A stretch of 64,000 nucleotides of DNA from Squalus acanthias (lineage: Eukaryota). The notes below the pieces were generated by a model, which did no database searches, was not told the DNA's origin, and saw only the letters and a list, made by a program, of their open reading frames with translations. The translations under genes were made by a program, and so were the position numbers. The stretch is from assembly GCA_030390025.1 (NCBI GenBank), contig CM059432.1, positions 1,612,001-1,676,000 on the forward strand. Direction: 5' to 3'. This document shows positions 12,392 to 24,483 of the stretch, in pieces. Positions within the stretch are counted from its first letter, which is position 1, and every line of letters starts with the position of its first letter.

Positions 12392-14108
12392 ACATAAGAA
12401 CATAAGAAATAGGAGCAGGAGTAGGCCAATCGGCCCCTCGAGCCTGCTCCGCCATTCAATAAGATCATGGCTGATCTGATCCTAACCGCCAATCTACTAT
12501 CTATCACAGAACCATCTCCTGCATCTAACAGAATTGCACACACGAAATAGGAGCAGAATCAGGCTACACAGTCCCTGGGCCCGCTCCACTACCCACAGGG
12601 CCATGACCGATCCGAACCTAGACTCATGTCCAAATTCCTGCCCGCTCCCCGTAACCCTTAATGCCCTTTACTTCTAGGAAACTGTCTATTTCTGTTTTAA
12701 ATTTAATTAATGTTGTAGCTTCTACAGCTTTTTGTGGCAGCATATTCCATGGACCTACCACCCTCTGAGTGAAGTAGTTCGTCCTCATCTCAGTTTTGAA
12801 AGAGCAGCCCCTTATTCTAAGACTATGTCCCCTAGTTCTCGTCTCACCCGTCATCGGGAACATCCTCCCCGCATCCACCCGATCCAACCCCTTCACAATC
12901 TTATATGTTTCAATAAGATCGCCTCTCATTCTTCTGAACTCCAATGAGTAGAGTCCCAATCTACCCAACCTCTCCTCATATGACCACCCCCTCATCCCCG
13001 GGATTAACCGAATGAACCTTTTTTGCACTGCCTCGAGAGCAAGGATGTCTTTCCTTAAGTAAGGACACCAAAACTGTATGCAGTATTCCAGGTGCGGTCT
13101 CACCAATACCTTGTACAACTGAAGCAATACCTCCCTATTTTTATATTCTATCCCCCTAGCAATGAAAGCCAACATTCCATTTGCCTTCTTAATCACTTGC
13201 TGCACCTGCATACTAACCTTTTGAGTTTCGTGCACCAGGACCCCCAGATCCCTTTGCACTTCAGTACTCTCCAGTTTCTTGCCATTAAGATAATAAATTG
13301 CTCTATGATTTTTCCTGCCAAAGTGCATCACCTCACACTTTCCAGTGTTGTATTCCATCTGCCAAATCTCTGCCCACTTACTTAGCCTGTCTATGTCCCC
13401 TTGCAGGTTTTTTATGTCCTCCTCATTCACTACTTTCCCTCCCATCTTTGTATCATCTGCAAATTTTGATATGTTACACTTGGTCCCTTCCTCCAAATCG
13501 TTAATATAGATTGTGAAGAGTTGGGGACCCAGCACTGACCCCTGTGGAACACCACTAGTTACTGATTGCCAGTCTGAGAATGAACCATTTATCCCAACTC
13601 TTTGCTTTCTGTTAGATAGCCAATCCTCTATCCATGCCAGAATATTACCCCCAATTCCGTGATTTTTTACCTTAAGCAATAATCTTTTGTGTGGCACCTT
13701 GTCAAATGCCTTTTGGAAGTCTAAATACACTACGTCCACTGGTTCCCCTTTATCCACTCTATATGTTACTTCCTCAAAGAACTCCAGCAAATTTGTCAAA
13801 CATGACTTCCCCTTCGTAAAACCATGCTGACTTTGTCCTATTAAATTATGATTATCCAAATGTCCTGTTACTGTTTCCTTAATAATGGACTCCAAAATTT
13901 TACCTACCACAGATGTTAGGCTAACCGGTCTATAGTTACCAGCCTTCTGTCTACTGCCCTTTTTAAATAAGAGTGTTACATTAGCAGTTTTCCAGTCTGC
14001 CGGGACCTTAGCGGAATCCAGGGAGTTTTGAAAAATTATTACCAATGCATCTACAATCCCTACCGCCACTTCCTTCAAGACTCTAGGATGTAAGCCATCA
14101 GGTCCAGG
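12392..14108 (-). mobile_element. Young 5'-truncated CR1 LINE with an uninterrupted 484-aa RT/C-terminal ORF (12624-14078)
   Basis: RT motifs [19 protein letters not shown] and KFADD. Near-identical to 18032-19747. TTA flanks both ends. Confidence 0.95.
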
Positions 14109-14936
14109 TTACCTCACACTTTCCCAGATTGAATTCCATTTGTCACTTTTCTGCCCACCTGACCAGTATCCTTCCTGCAGTTTACAGCTTTCTTCCTCAC
14201 GATCAACCACACGGCCGGTTTTTGTATCATCTGCAAACTTCTTAATCATACCTCTGACATTGAAGTCTAAATCATTGATATATACCACAGAAAGCAAGGG
14301 ACCTAGTACTGAGCCCTGCGGAACCCCACTGGAAACAGCCATCCAGTCACAAAAATATCCGTCGACCATTACCCTCTGCTTTCTGCCACTGAGCCAATTG
14401 TGGATCCAATTTGCCACTTTCCCTTCGATCCCATGGGCTTTTACTTTCTTGACCAACCTGCCATGTGGGGCCTTGTCAAAGGCCTTGCTAAAATCCATGT
14501 GGACTACATCAAACGCACTAGCCTCATCGACCCTCCTCATTACCTCCTCAAAAAATTCAATCAAGTTAGTCAGACACGACCTTCCCTTAACAAATCCATG
14601 CTGACTGTCCTTGATTAATCTGCGACTTTCTAAATGACCATTAATATTGTCCCTCGGAATTTTATCCAATAATTTGTCCACCACTGAGGTTAGGCTGACT
14701 GGCCTGTAATTACTCGGTCTATCCCTTTCTGCCTTTTTAAACAATGGTACGATGTTAGCAGTCCTCCAGTAGCCAGGCATCACACCTGTAGCCAGAGAGG
14801 ATTGAAATTTGACGGTCAGAGCCTCCGCTATTTCTTCCCTTGCTTCTCTTAACAGCCTGGGATACATTTCATCTGGGCCTGGCGATTTATCAACTTTCAA
14901 GGATGTTAAACCTCTTAATGCTTCCTCTCTCACTAT

Positions 14937-15674
14937 GGGCTGGATTTTGATACTGGGGCGGGTTGGGGTCGTGTCATCCGCATTTCGTGTTATCCACCCG
15001 ACTGCAATTGGATGTGGGAGATTGATGCAATTTTCACCTAATTGGGCAATTGAGTTCCAGCATGTGGGAACCCATGAACCAATTAGTGGTTTCAGTCTGA
15101 AAGTCGCCTCTGATGATGTCATCATTGCTGCTGCATTGCAGGTCAGAGACTGCCTGGCCTTTGCTGTGAGAGGACCTGGATGCAAAATGAGCAGCATCAG
15201 AGAGAGACAGAGAGAGAGAGAGAAAGTTTTTTGCATCCAGGTCCTCTCACAGCAAAGGCCAGGCAGTCTCTGAAGACATTCAATGCAGCAGCATCAGAGG
15301 CGACTTTCAGATGTAATACTACTACTACCTTCATCACATCTCCGTTGTAATAGTGGACCTGCAGCTCATAGTCAGCTATCCACTTGTGCTCCCACCAGGT
15401 TTCACTGGCGTGTTTCACATCAGGCGTGCTTCACGTCGGAAAAGGGTTAAACTAGCTAAAATGTTTCAAAATGGCATTGCAGAGCCAATTTAGGGCTTGT
15501 TAAGGGCTTTAATGGCCTCTCCCGCCTCTTGGAGGCGGGACGGAGTCAGGAACACCGCACACAATTTTATCAAAATTGCGTGGAGGCGGGATCAGGTCCG
15601 CCCGCCACTTTTCGCAATTTTAACCCCCCACACGCCTCCAAACCCGCCTCCACGGCCCTATGAAAATCCAGCCC
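14937..15674. mobile_element. PIF/Harbinger-like MITE with a long internal inverted repeat
   Basis: TIRs gggctggattttgata and tatgaaaatccagccc (15/16 match). TSD TAT/AAT. Cleanly interrupts a CR1. Confidence 0.8.
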
Positions 15675-16618
15675 AATGTCTATCCCATCTAATATTTCAC
15701 ACTCTTCCTCCTTAACTACAATGTCTGCATTGTTCCCTCTTCTGTGAAGACAGACACAAAATATTCATTAAGAACCATATCCACATTTTCCGCCTCCACA
15801 CGCAGGTTACCTTTATGGTCCCTAATAGGCTCTACTCTTACTTTAGTTATTCTCTTGCTCTTTATCTATTTATACAACGTTTTGGGGTTTTCCTTGATTT
15901 TACTTGCCAATATTTTTTCATGCCCTCTCTTTGTTTTCTTAATTTCCTTTTTATTTTCACCCCTGCACTTTCTATACTCCTCTTTTTGCCTTATCCTATC
16001 CTGTCTGCCACTTGACATCCAGGGAGCTCTCGATTTGTTAGTCCCACCCTTTTTCTTTAAGGGAACGCACTTGCTCTGAACCCTCACTGTCTCCTCCTTG
16101 ACTGCCTCCCACTGCTCCGACACTGATTTACCTTCAAGTAGCTGTTTCCAGTCCACTTTTGCTAAATCACATCTCAGCTTAGTAAAACTGGCCTTTCCCC
16201 AATCGAGAACTTTGACACCTGGTCTATCTTTGTCCTTTTCCATACCTACGCTAAATCTAACTGAATTATGGTCACCACCACCAAAATGCTCTCCCACTGA
16301 TACCCCTTCTACCTGCCCAGCTTCATTCCCTAAAACTAAGTCCAGAATTGCCCCTTCTCTTGTTGAGCTTGTTACGTATTGGCTACAAAGTTCTCCTGAA
16401 TGTATTTTAAGAATTCTGCGCCCGCTATTCCTTTTGCACTAATTCTCTCCCAGTTAATGTTAGGGTAGTTGAAATCCCCTACTATTACTACCCTATTGTT
16501 TTTTGCACTTCTCAGAAATTTGCCTACAGATTTGCTCTTCTATCTCCCTCTGACTGTTTGGGGGTCTGTAGTACACTCCCAGCAGTGTGATTGCCTCTTT
16601 CCTGTAATGTGGTGGCAG

Positions 16619-16975
16619 AAAAAGAAGGAAAAGGACTCGCATTTCTGCAGCACCTTTCACGACCTCAGGACGTCCCAAAGCGCCAATGAGGTACTTTTCT
16701 TGAAGGGCAGTCACTGTTGTAATGTAGGAAACGCGACAGCCAATTTGCGCACAGCAAGCTCCCACAAACAGCAATGCTATAATGACCAGATAATCTGTTT
16801 TTAGGTGTCGGTTGAGGGATAAATATTGGCCCAGGTCACCGGGGGTGGGGGTGGGGGGTTGCAGAACTCCCTGGCTCTTCTCCGCAATAGTGCCTCAAGA
16901 TCTTTTACCTCCACCTGATCTCTTATCCGAAAGACGGCCCCTCCGACAGTGCAGCGCTACCTCGGTTCTGCACTG
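16619..16975 (-). mobile_element. Deu-domain SINE (SacSINE1-like), 5' truncated
   Basis: Matches the body and tail of 46670-47125. Confidence 0.75.
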
Positions 16976-17360
16976 AAGATTTAATAGAGGCGTTCAAAAT
17001 TATGAAGGGTTTTGACAGAGTAAATAAGGAGAAACTGTTTCCACGGGCAGGAGGGTCGGTAACCAGGGGACACAGAATTAAAATGATTGGCAAAAGAACC
17101 AGAGGGGGAGATGGGGAGAATATTTTTTACCCGACGAGTTGTTGTGATCTGGAACGCGCTGCCTGAAAGGGCGGGTGGAGCAGATTCAATAGTGACTTTC
17201 AAAAGGGAATTGGGTATAGACTTGAAAAAGAAATATTTGCAGGGCTACGGGGAAACAGCAGGGGGGGAGTGGGACGAATTGGAGAGCTCTTTCAAAGAGC
17301 CGGCACAGGCACGATGGGCCGAATGGCCTCCTCCTGTGCTGTGCGATTCTGTGATTCTGT
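16976..17360 (+). mobile_element. CR1 LINE 3' fragment
   Basis: RIFFTRRVVVIWNALPE motif followed by a CR1 tail. Confidence 0.8.
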
Positions 17361-18266
17361 GTTCCTCTGTACCTGCTGACAGGACAGACCAAACTCCGGT
17401 CGCTTGTAGATTATCTGCTTCCCAGTGATTCCGTTTTCAACCTACTTCCCATCAGCAATGATCAATACCTCTGTTTCCTGGGCTGTAAGCACAGTCACTG
17501 AGCAAAGCATATCGCAAGGCACTTCTTTTATTGAGTACAAAAAAAACATATGGCAAAATGTCTGGCTCATTTATTCTGCTCACACAGAGGTTTGCAATTA
17601 TCTTTGGTATATTAAAACATTAGCGTACTAAAGAACATTAAGCATTCATTCTCTGTTATTCTGCTGCACCATGCCATCCATTAGCTGTTAATTCTCTGTA
17701 ACTATCTTCACTAATCAAGAGTTATGTGAAATTATTAAGAAACCCACTTATCATTGAACAGTTCAAGTTTGTTAATTAACCTGCAGCTTAACGTAGGAAG
17801 CTTTGCTCTTTTGTTAATTTATTATTAATTATTAAATAAGTATTAATGACTACCAAGGAGGCATCATACCTCAGTATTTGGATCGAGGGTATAGAGTGGT
17901 ATAATTACCATGAGGGGAAAGGTACAGTGTCCATTAATTTTACAGTAAACACCGAGAACTTTGTGGAATTTTTAATTCAGTTTTGAATCATTTCCTTCAT
18001 GATCACAGCTGTCAGTGTAGAAGTAGATAGTCATAAGAACATAAGAACATAAGAAATAGGAGCAGGAGTAGGCCAATCGGCCCCTCGAGCCTGCTCCACC
18101 ATTCAATAAGATCATGGCTGATCTGATCCTAACCGCCAATCTACTATCACAGAACCATCTCCTGCATCTAACAGAATTGCACACACGTAATAGGAGCAGA
18201 ATCAGGCTACACGGTCCCTGGGCCCGCTCCACTACCCACAGGGCCATGACCGATCCGAACCTAGAC

Positions 18267-21214
18267 TCATGTCCAAATTCCTGCCCGCTCCCCGTAACCC
18301 TTAATGCCCTTTACTTCTAGGAAACTGTCTATTTCTGTTATAAATTTATTTAATGATGTAGCTTCTACAGCTTTTTGTGGCAGCATATTCCATGGACCTA
18401 CCACCCTCTGAGTGAAGTAGTTCCTCCTCATCTCAGTTTTGAAAGAGCAGCCCCTTATTCTAAGACTATGTCCCCTAGTTCTAGTCTCACCCGTCATCGG
18501 GAACATCCTCCCCGCATCCACCCGATCCAACCCCTTCACAATCTTATATGTTTCAATAAGATCGCCTCTCATTCTTCTGAACTCCAATGAGTAGAGTCCC
18601 AATCTACCCAACCTCTCCTCATATGACCACCCCCTCATCCCCGGGATTAACCGAGTGAACCTTTTTTGCACTGCCTCGAGAGCAAGGATGTCTTTCCTTA
18701 AGTAAGGACACCAAAACTGTATGCAGTATTCCAGGTGCGGTCTCACCAATACCTTGTACAACTGAAGCAATACCTCCCTATTTTTATATTCTATCCCCCT
18801 AGCAATGAAAGCCAACATTCCATTTGCCTTCTTAATCACTTGCTGCACCTGCATACTAACCTTTTGAGTTTCGTGCACCAGGACCCCCAGATCCCTTTGC
18901 ACTTCAGTACTCTCCAGTTTCTTGCCATTAAGATAATAAATTGCTCTATGATTTTTCCTGCCAAAGTGCATCACCTCACACTTTCCAGTGTTGTATTCCA
19001 TCTGCCAAATCTCTGCCCACTTACTTAGCCTGTCTATGTCCCCTTGCAGGTTTTTTATGTCCTCACTCACTACTTTCCCTCCCATCTTTGTATCATCTGC
19101 AAATTTTGATATGTTACACTTGGTCCCTTCCTCCAAATCGTTAATATAGATTGTAAAGAGTTGGGGACCCAGCACTGACCCCTGTGGAACACCACTAGTT
19201 ACTGATTGCCAGTCTGAGAATGAACCATTTATCCCAACTCTTTGCTTTCTGTTAGATAGCCAATCCTCTATCCATGCCAGAATATTACCCCCAATCCCGT
19301 GATTTTTTACCTTAAGCAATAATCTTTTGTGTGGCACCTTGTCAAATGCCTTTTGGAAGTCTAAATACACTACGTCCACTGGTTCCCCTTTATCCACTCT
19401 ATATGTTACTTCCTCAAAGAACTCCAGCAAATTTGTCAAACATGACTTCCCCTTCGTAAAACCATGCTGACTTTGTCCTATTAAATTATGATTATCCAAA
19501 TGTCCTGTTACTGTTTCCTTAATAATGGACTCCAAAATTTTACCTACCACAGATGTTAGGCTAACCGGTCTATAGTTACCAGCCTTCTGTCTACTGCCCT
19601 TTTTAAATAAGGGTGTTACATTAGCAGTTTTCCAGTCTGCCGGGACTTAGCGGAATCCAGGGAGTTTTGAAAAATTATTACCAATGCATCTACAATCCCT
19701 ACCGCCACTTCCTTCAAGACTCTAGGATGTAAGCCATCAGGTCCAGGTGATTTATCCGCCTTGAGTCCCATTATTTTACCGAGTACCACTTCCTTAGTGA
19801 TTTTGATCGTGTTTAGCTCCTCTCCCCCTATAGCCCCCTGTTTGTCCAGTGTTGGGATATTCTTAGTGTCCTCTACTGTAAAGACTGATACAAAATATTC
19901 ATTCAGTGTTTTTGCCATCTCCATATTTCCCACCATTAATTTCCCGGTCTCATCCTCTAAGGGACCAACATTTACTTTAGCCACCCTTTTTCTTTTTATA
20001 TAACTATAAAAACTCTTACTATCTGTTTTTATATTTTTTGCTAATTTACTTTCATAATCTATCTTCCCTTTCTTAATCAATCTTTTTGTTATTTTTTGCT
20101 GCCTTTTAAAGTTTTCCCAATCCTCTGTCCTCCCACTAGATTTCGCTACCTTATATGCCCTTGTTTTTAGTCGAATACTATCCTTAATTTCTTTACTTAG
20201 CCACGGATGACTGTCCTTTCTTTTACACCCTTTTCTTTTCAGTGGAATATTTTTTTTTTGGAAGTTGTAAAATAACTCCTTGAATGTACACCACTGATCA
20301 TGTGTCGTCTTACCCTTTAATCTATTTTCCCAATCCACTCTACTCAATTCCGCTCGCATACCTTCATAGTCTCCTTTATTCAAGCTTAGCACGCTTGTTT
20401 GAGATCCAACCTTCTCACCCTCTAATTGAATATGGAACTCAACCATGTTATGGTCACTCATTCCAAGGGGATCCTTTACTAGGACATTTTTAATTAATCC
20501 TGTCTCGTTACACAGGACCAGATCTAAGGTTGCTTGCCCCCTGGTCGGTTCAGTTACATACTGCTCAAGAAACCCATCCCTAATACACTCAATGAACTCA
20601 TCCTCAAGGCAGCCCTGCCCCATTTGATTTGTCCAATTAATATGATAGTTAAAATCCCCCATAATTATAGATGTTCCCTTATTACATGCCTCAACTATTT
20701 CCTGATTGATACTCCGTCCAACAGAGTTGCAACTGTTCGGAGGCCTATAGACTACGCCCACTAGTGTTTTTTTCCCCTTATTATTCCTTATCTCCACCCA
20801 AACTGTTTCATTATCATGATTTTTTGACCCAATATCATTACTCTGTATTACAGTGATTCCTTCCTTTATTAACACAGCCACCCCACCTCCCCTTCCTTCC
20901 TGCCTGTCCTTCCTGATCGTTAAATAACCTGGTATGTTTAATTCCCAGGCATTGTCACCCTGCAGCCATGTTTCTGTAATGGCCACAATATCATAACCAT
21001 ATGTAGTTATTTGTGCCATTAACTCGTCTATTTTGTTACGAATGCTACGTGCATTCAGATAGAGAACTTTCAAATATGCTTTGTGGCACTTAGTTCCTGC
21101 TTTTTCACTTTTTACCACTTTACCTTTTACTCCACACACTCTGTCCCTTCCTGCCACGCTCTGATTTGTGATTCCCCTACTGCTACCTATGTCTATGACC
21201 CTCTCTGTTGTCAT
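18267..21214 (-). pseudogene. CR1 ORF2p (APE endonuclease plus reverse transcriptase) with a single 1-nt frameshift near 19646
   Basis: ORF 19616-21214 (LNARSI, ITETWL, MGDFN, SDHN) and ORF 18267-19550 (RT). The sister copy reads cgggaCCttag (14001-14011), this copy cgggaCttag. Confidence 0.9.
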
Positions 21215-21252
21215 TTTTATTTTTTGCTCTCTTGAAACCTCCCCCCCACTAA

Positions 21253-22209
21253 TTAGTTTAAAGCCCTCTCCACAGCCCTAGTTATTCGATTCGCCAGGAC
21301 ACTAGTCCCAGCACTGGCCAAGTGAAGTCCGTCCCAACGGAACAGCTCTCTCCTGCCCCAGTACTGGTGCCAGTGTCCCAAGAAGCAAAACCCATTTTTC
21401 CCACACCAGTCTTTGAGCCACGCATTCAACTCCCTGATTTTATTTACCCTAGCCAAATTTGCTCGTGGCTCAGGTAGTAATCCAGAGATTATTACCCTCG
21501 AGGTTCTGCTTTTTAATTTGGCCCCTAGCTGCTCAAACTCCCTCAGCAGAACCTCTTTCCTTGTCCTATCTATGTCATTGGTACCAACATGGACCACGAC
21601 AACTGGATCCTCCCCCTCCCACTCCAAGTTTCTCTCCAGCCCAGAGGAGATGTCCTTAACCCTGGCACCGGGCAGGCAACACAGCCTTCGGGACTCTCGC
21701 TCTTGGCTGCAAAGAACCCTATCTATCCCCCTAATGATACTATCCCCTACCACTACAACATTTCTTTTTACTCCCCCCACTTGAATGGCCCCCCTTACCA
21801 CGGTGCTGTGGCCAGGTTGCTCATCCTCCCTGCAGTCCCCGCTCCTATCCACACAGGGAGTAAGAGCCTCGAACCTGTTGGACAAGAGCAAGGGCTGCGG
21901 CTCCTCCAACACTACCTCCTGGATCCCTGTACCTGCCTCACTCGTAGTCACACCTTCCTGTCCCTGACCACGGGCTACTTCTGAATTAGTTACTCTAATT
22001 GGTGTGACTACCTCCTGAAACACGGAGTCCAGGTAACTCTCCCCCTCCCTGATGTGTCGCAGTGTTTGAAGCTCGGACTCCAGCTCATCAACACGGAGCC
22101 GGAGTTCCTCGAGCAGCCAACACTTACTGCAAATGTGTTCACCGTGAACATCAATGGTGTCCACCAGCTCCCACATATTGCAGCAGTAACACATCACCTG
22201 CTCTCCCAT
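21253..22209 (-). CDS. CR1 ORF1p (zinc finger, coiled coil, SGNH/GDSL esterase-like domain)
   Basis: N-terminal C..C…C..C, heptad LEELRLRVDELESEL, and SGNH blocks VVGDSIIRG, LPGA, HVGTND and DGLH. Confidence 0.9.
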   Translation of the reverse strand: MGEQVMCYCCNMWELVDTIDVHGEHICSKCWLLEELRLRVDELESELQTLRHIREGESYLDSVFQEVVTPIRVTNSEVARGQGQEGVTTSEAGTGIQEVVLEEPQPLLLSNRFEALTPCVDRSGDCREDEQPGHSTVVRGAIQVGGVKRNVVVVGDSIIRGIDRVLCSQERESRRLCCLPGARVKDISSGLERNLEWEGEDPVVVVHVGTNDIDRTRKEVLLREFEQLGAKLKSRTSRVIISGLLPEPRANLARVNKIRELNAWLKDWCGKNGFCFLGHWHQYWGRRELFRWDGLHLASAGTSVLANRITRAVERALN

Positions 22210-22426
22210 TCTATGTAATTAATTAAAAATTTATTATTTACCCTTCAGTTAATTTATGCCAGCAGTCTCCGCTACACCACAGATACCCGAGAAACTATAA
22301 ACTATGGAATTGAAGTTTTGTATAAAAAAAAAGAGAAATACTCACCAACCAATCACTTACCTGCTTTCTGGTGACGTCACACTTCGATTATTTTTTACCT
22401 CTCTCCTGCTCTCGGCTTGGTGAAAG

Positions 22427-22650
22427 CCTACCTGGTCGCTGCCGCCTTTTACCGCCACCGCCTCGCCGCTGTTGCTCCACCCAGGTCCGCCGCCTCTATG
22501 GGCCTACCTGGTCGCTGCCGCCTTTTACCGCCGCCGCCTCGCCGCTGTTGCTCCACCCAGGTCCGCCGCCTCTGTGGGCCTACCTGGTCGCTGCCGCCTT
22601 TTACCGCCGCCGCCTCGCCGCTGTTGCTCCACCCAGGTCCGCCGCCTCTG
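22427..22650 (-). repeat. About three GC-rich 76-bp tandem monomers at the CR1 5' end
   Basis: Units start at 22427, 22503 and 22579 (cctacctggtcgctgccgccttttaccgcc…). Confidence 0.9.
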
Positions 22651-24483
22651 TCAGAGCGATTGTATATGGTCAGTGTGGATGTATATGGTCAGAGCGGGCG
22701 TATATGGTCAGTGTGGATGTATATGGTCAGAGCGGGCGTATATGGTCAGTGTGGAAGTATATGGTCAGAGCGGGCGTATATGGTCAGTGTGGATGTATAT
22801 GGTCAGAGCGGGCGTATATGGTCAGAGTGGATGTATATGGTCAGTGCGGACGTTTATGGTCAGTGCGGACGTATATGGTCAGTGCGGGCGTATATGGTCA
22901 GTGTGGACGTATATGGTCAGAGCGGACGTATATGGTCAGAGCGATCGTATATGGTCAGTGCGGACGTATATGGTCAGTGCGGACGTATATGGTCAGAGCA
23001 GGCGTATATGGTCAGTGCGGACGTATATGGTCAGTGCGGACGTATATGGTCAGAGCTGGCGTATATGGTTAGTGTGGACGTATATGGTCAGAGCGGACGT
23101 ATATGGTCAGAGCGGGCGTATATGGTCAGAGCGGACGTATATGGTCAGTGTGGACGTATATGGTCAGTGCGGACGTGTATGGTCAGAGGGGACGTCGCCT
23201 CCAGTCCAGATCCAAGGTCGTCCCATCCTCTGTCGTCGAATTACAGTACGCAGACGACGCTTACGTCTGCGCTCACTCGGAGGTCGAACTCCAAACCATC
23301 GTCAACACCTTCACCGAAGCGTACGAGAGCATGGGTCTTACACTAAACATCCGTAAGACAAAGGTCCTCTACCAACCTGCCCCCGCCACACAGTACTGCC
23401 CCCCGATTATCAAAATCCACGACAAGGCCTTGGACAACGTGGACCACTTTCCATACCTCGGGAGCCTACTGTCAACAAGGGCAGACGTCGACGACGAAGT
23501 CCAACACCGCCTTCAGTGTGCGAGTGCAGCCTTCGGTTGCCTGAGGAAGAGAGTGTTTGAAGACCAGGACCTCAAACCCGGCACTAAGCTCATGGTCTAC
23601 AGAGCAGCAGTGATACCTGCCCTCCTGTATGCCTCAGAGACATGGACCATGTACAGCAGGCACCTCAAAGCACTGGAGAGGTACCACCAACGCTGCCTCC
23701 ACAAGATCCTGCAAATCCATTGGCAGGATAGGTGCACCAACATCAGTGTTCTTGCTCAGGCCAACATCCCCAGCATCGAAGCTTTGACCACGCTCGATCA
23801 ACTCCGATGGACGGGTCACATTGTCCGCATGCCCGATACGAGACTCCCAAAACAAGCGCTCTACTCAGAGCTCCGACACGGCAAGAGAGCCCCAGGTGGG
23901 CAGAGGAAACACTTCAAGGACACCCTCAAAGCCTCCTTGAAAAAGTGTAACATCCCCACCGACACCTGGGAATCCCTGGCCCAAGACCGCACAAAGTGGA
24001 GGAGAAGCATCCGGGAAGGCGCCGAACACCTCGAGTCTCTTCGCCGGGAGCAAGCGGAAGCCAAGCACAGGCAGCGCAAGGAGCGCACGTCAACCCAAGC
24101 ACCCCACCCACCTGCCCCTTCAACCACCGTCTGCCCCACCTGTGACAGAGACTGTAGGTCCCGCATTGGACTCATCAGTCACCTGAGAACTCATTTTTAA
24201 TGTGGAAGCAAGTCATCCTCGGTTCCGAGGGACTGCCTAAGAAGAAGAATATGGTCAGAGCGGGCGTATATGGCCAGAGGGGACGTATATGGTCAGAGCG
24301 GACGTATATGGTCAGAACGAACGTATATGGTCAGAGCGGGTGTATATGGTCAGAGCGGGCGTATATGGTCAGAGCGGGCGTATATGGTCAGAATGAACGT
24401 ATATGGTCAGAGAGGGCGTATATGGTCAGAATGAACGTATATGGTCAGAGCGAACGTATATGGTCAGAGCGAACGTATATGGT
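22651..24483. repeat. 19-bp minisatellite (GTATATGGTCAGWGYGGRC)n interrupted by an RTE LINE
   Basis: Arrays at 22651-23192 and 24249-24483, plus a degenerate unit at 18011-18033. Confidence 0.95.
23195..24249 (+). mobile_element. 5'-truncated RTE-clade LINE (RT C-terminal half plus terminal C2H2 finger)
   Basis: Open frame with LQYADD, FPYLGS, LYASETW, QLRWTGHIVRM and CPTC..C.SRIGLISH, stop at 24200. (AAG)n tail. Confidence 0.9.

Larger units (their letters stand above)
11602..16605 (-). mobile_element. Older CR1 ORF2 copy split by a younger CR1 (12392-14108) and a MITE (14937-15674)
   Basis: Host sequence rejoins across both inserts (ccccaaatgcatta|cctcacac and ctcactat|gtctatccc). ORF pieces at 11623-12455, 14109-14930 and 15866-16297. 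Confidence 0.85.
18032..22650 (-). mobile_element. Near-intact full-length CR1 LINE
   Basis: 5' tandem monomers, ORF1, ORF2 (APE endonuclease plus RT) split by one frameshift, and a 3' (TTCTTATG)n tail. Confidence 0.95.

Noticed and set aside
14109..15236. 375-aa RT ORF with an apparently novel N-terminus (similar cases at 26117, 43931 and 58976)
   Set aside because: Chimeric frames that run from an adjacent inserted element into CR1 RT, not real fusion proteins.
22371..23356. Three overlapping repetitive ORFs on the + strand
   Set aside because: Readthrough of the 76-bp and 19-bp tandem repeats. The N-terminus of ORF 23103-24200 is also satellite-derived.
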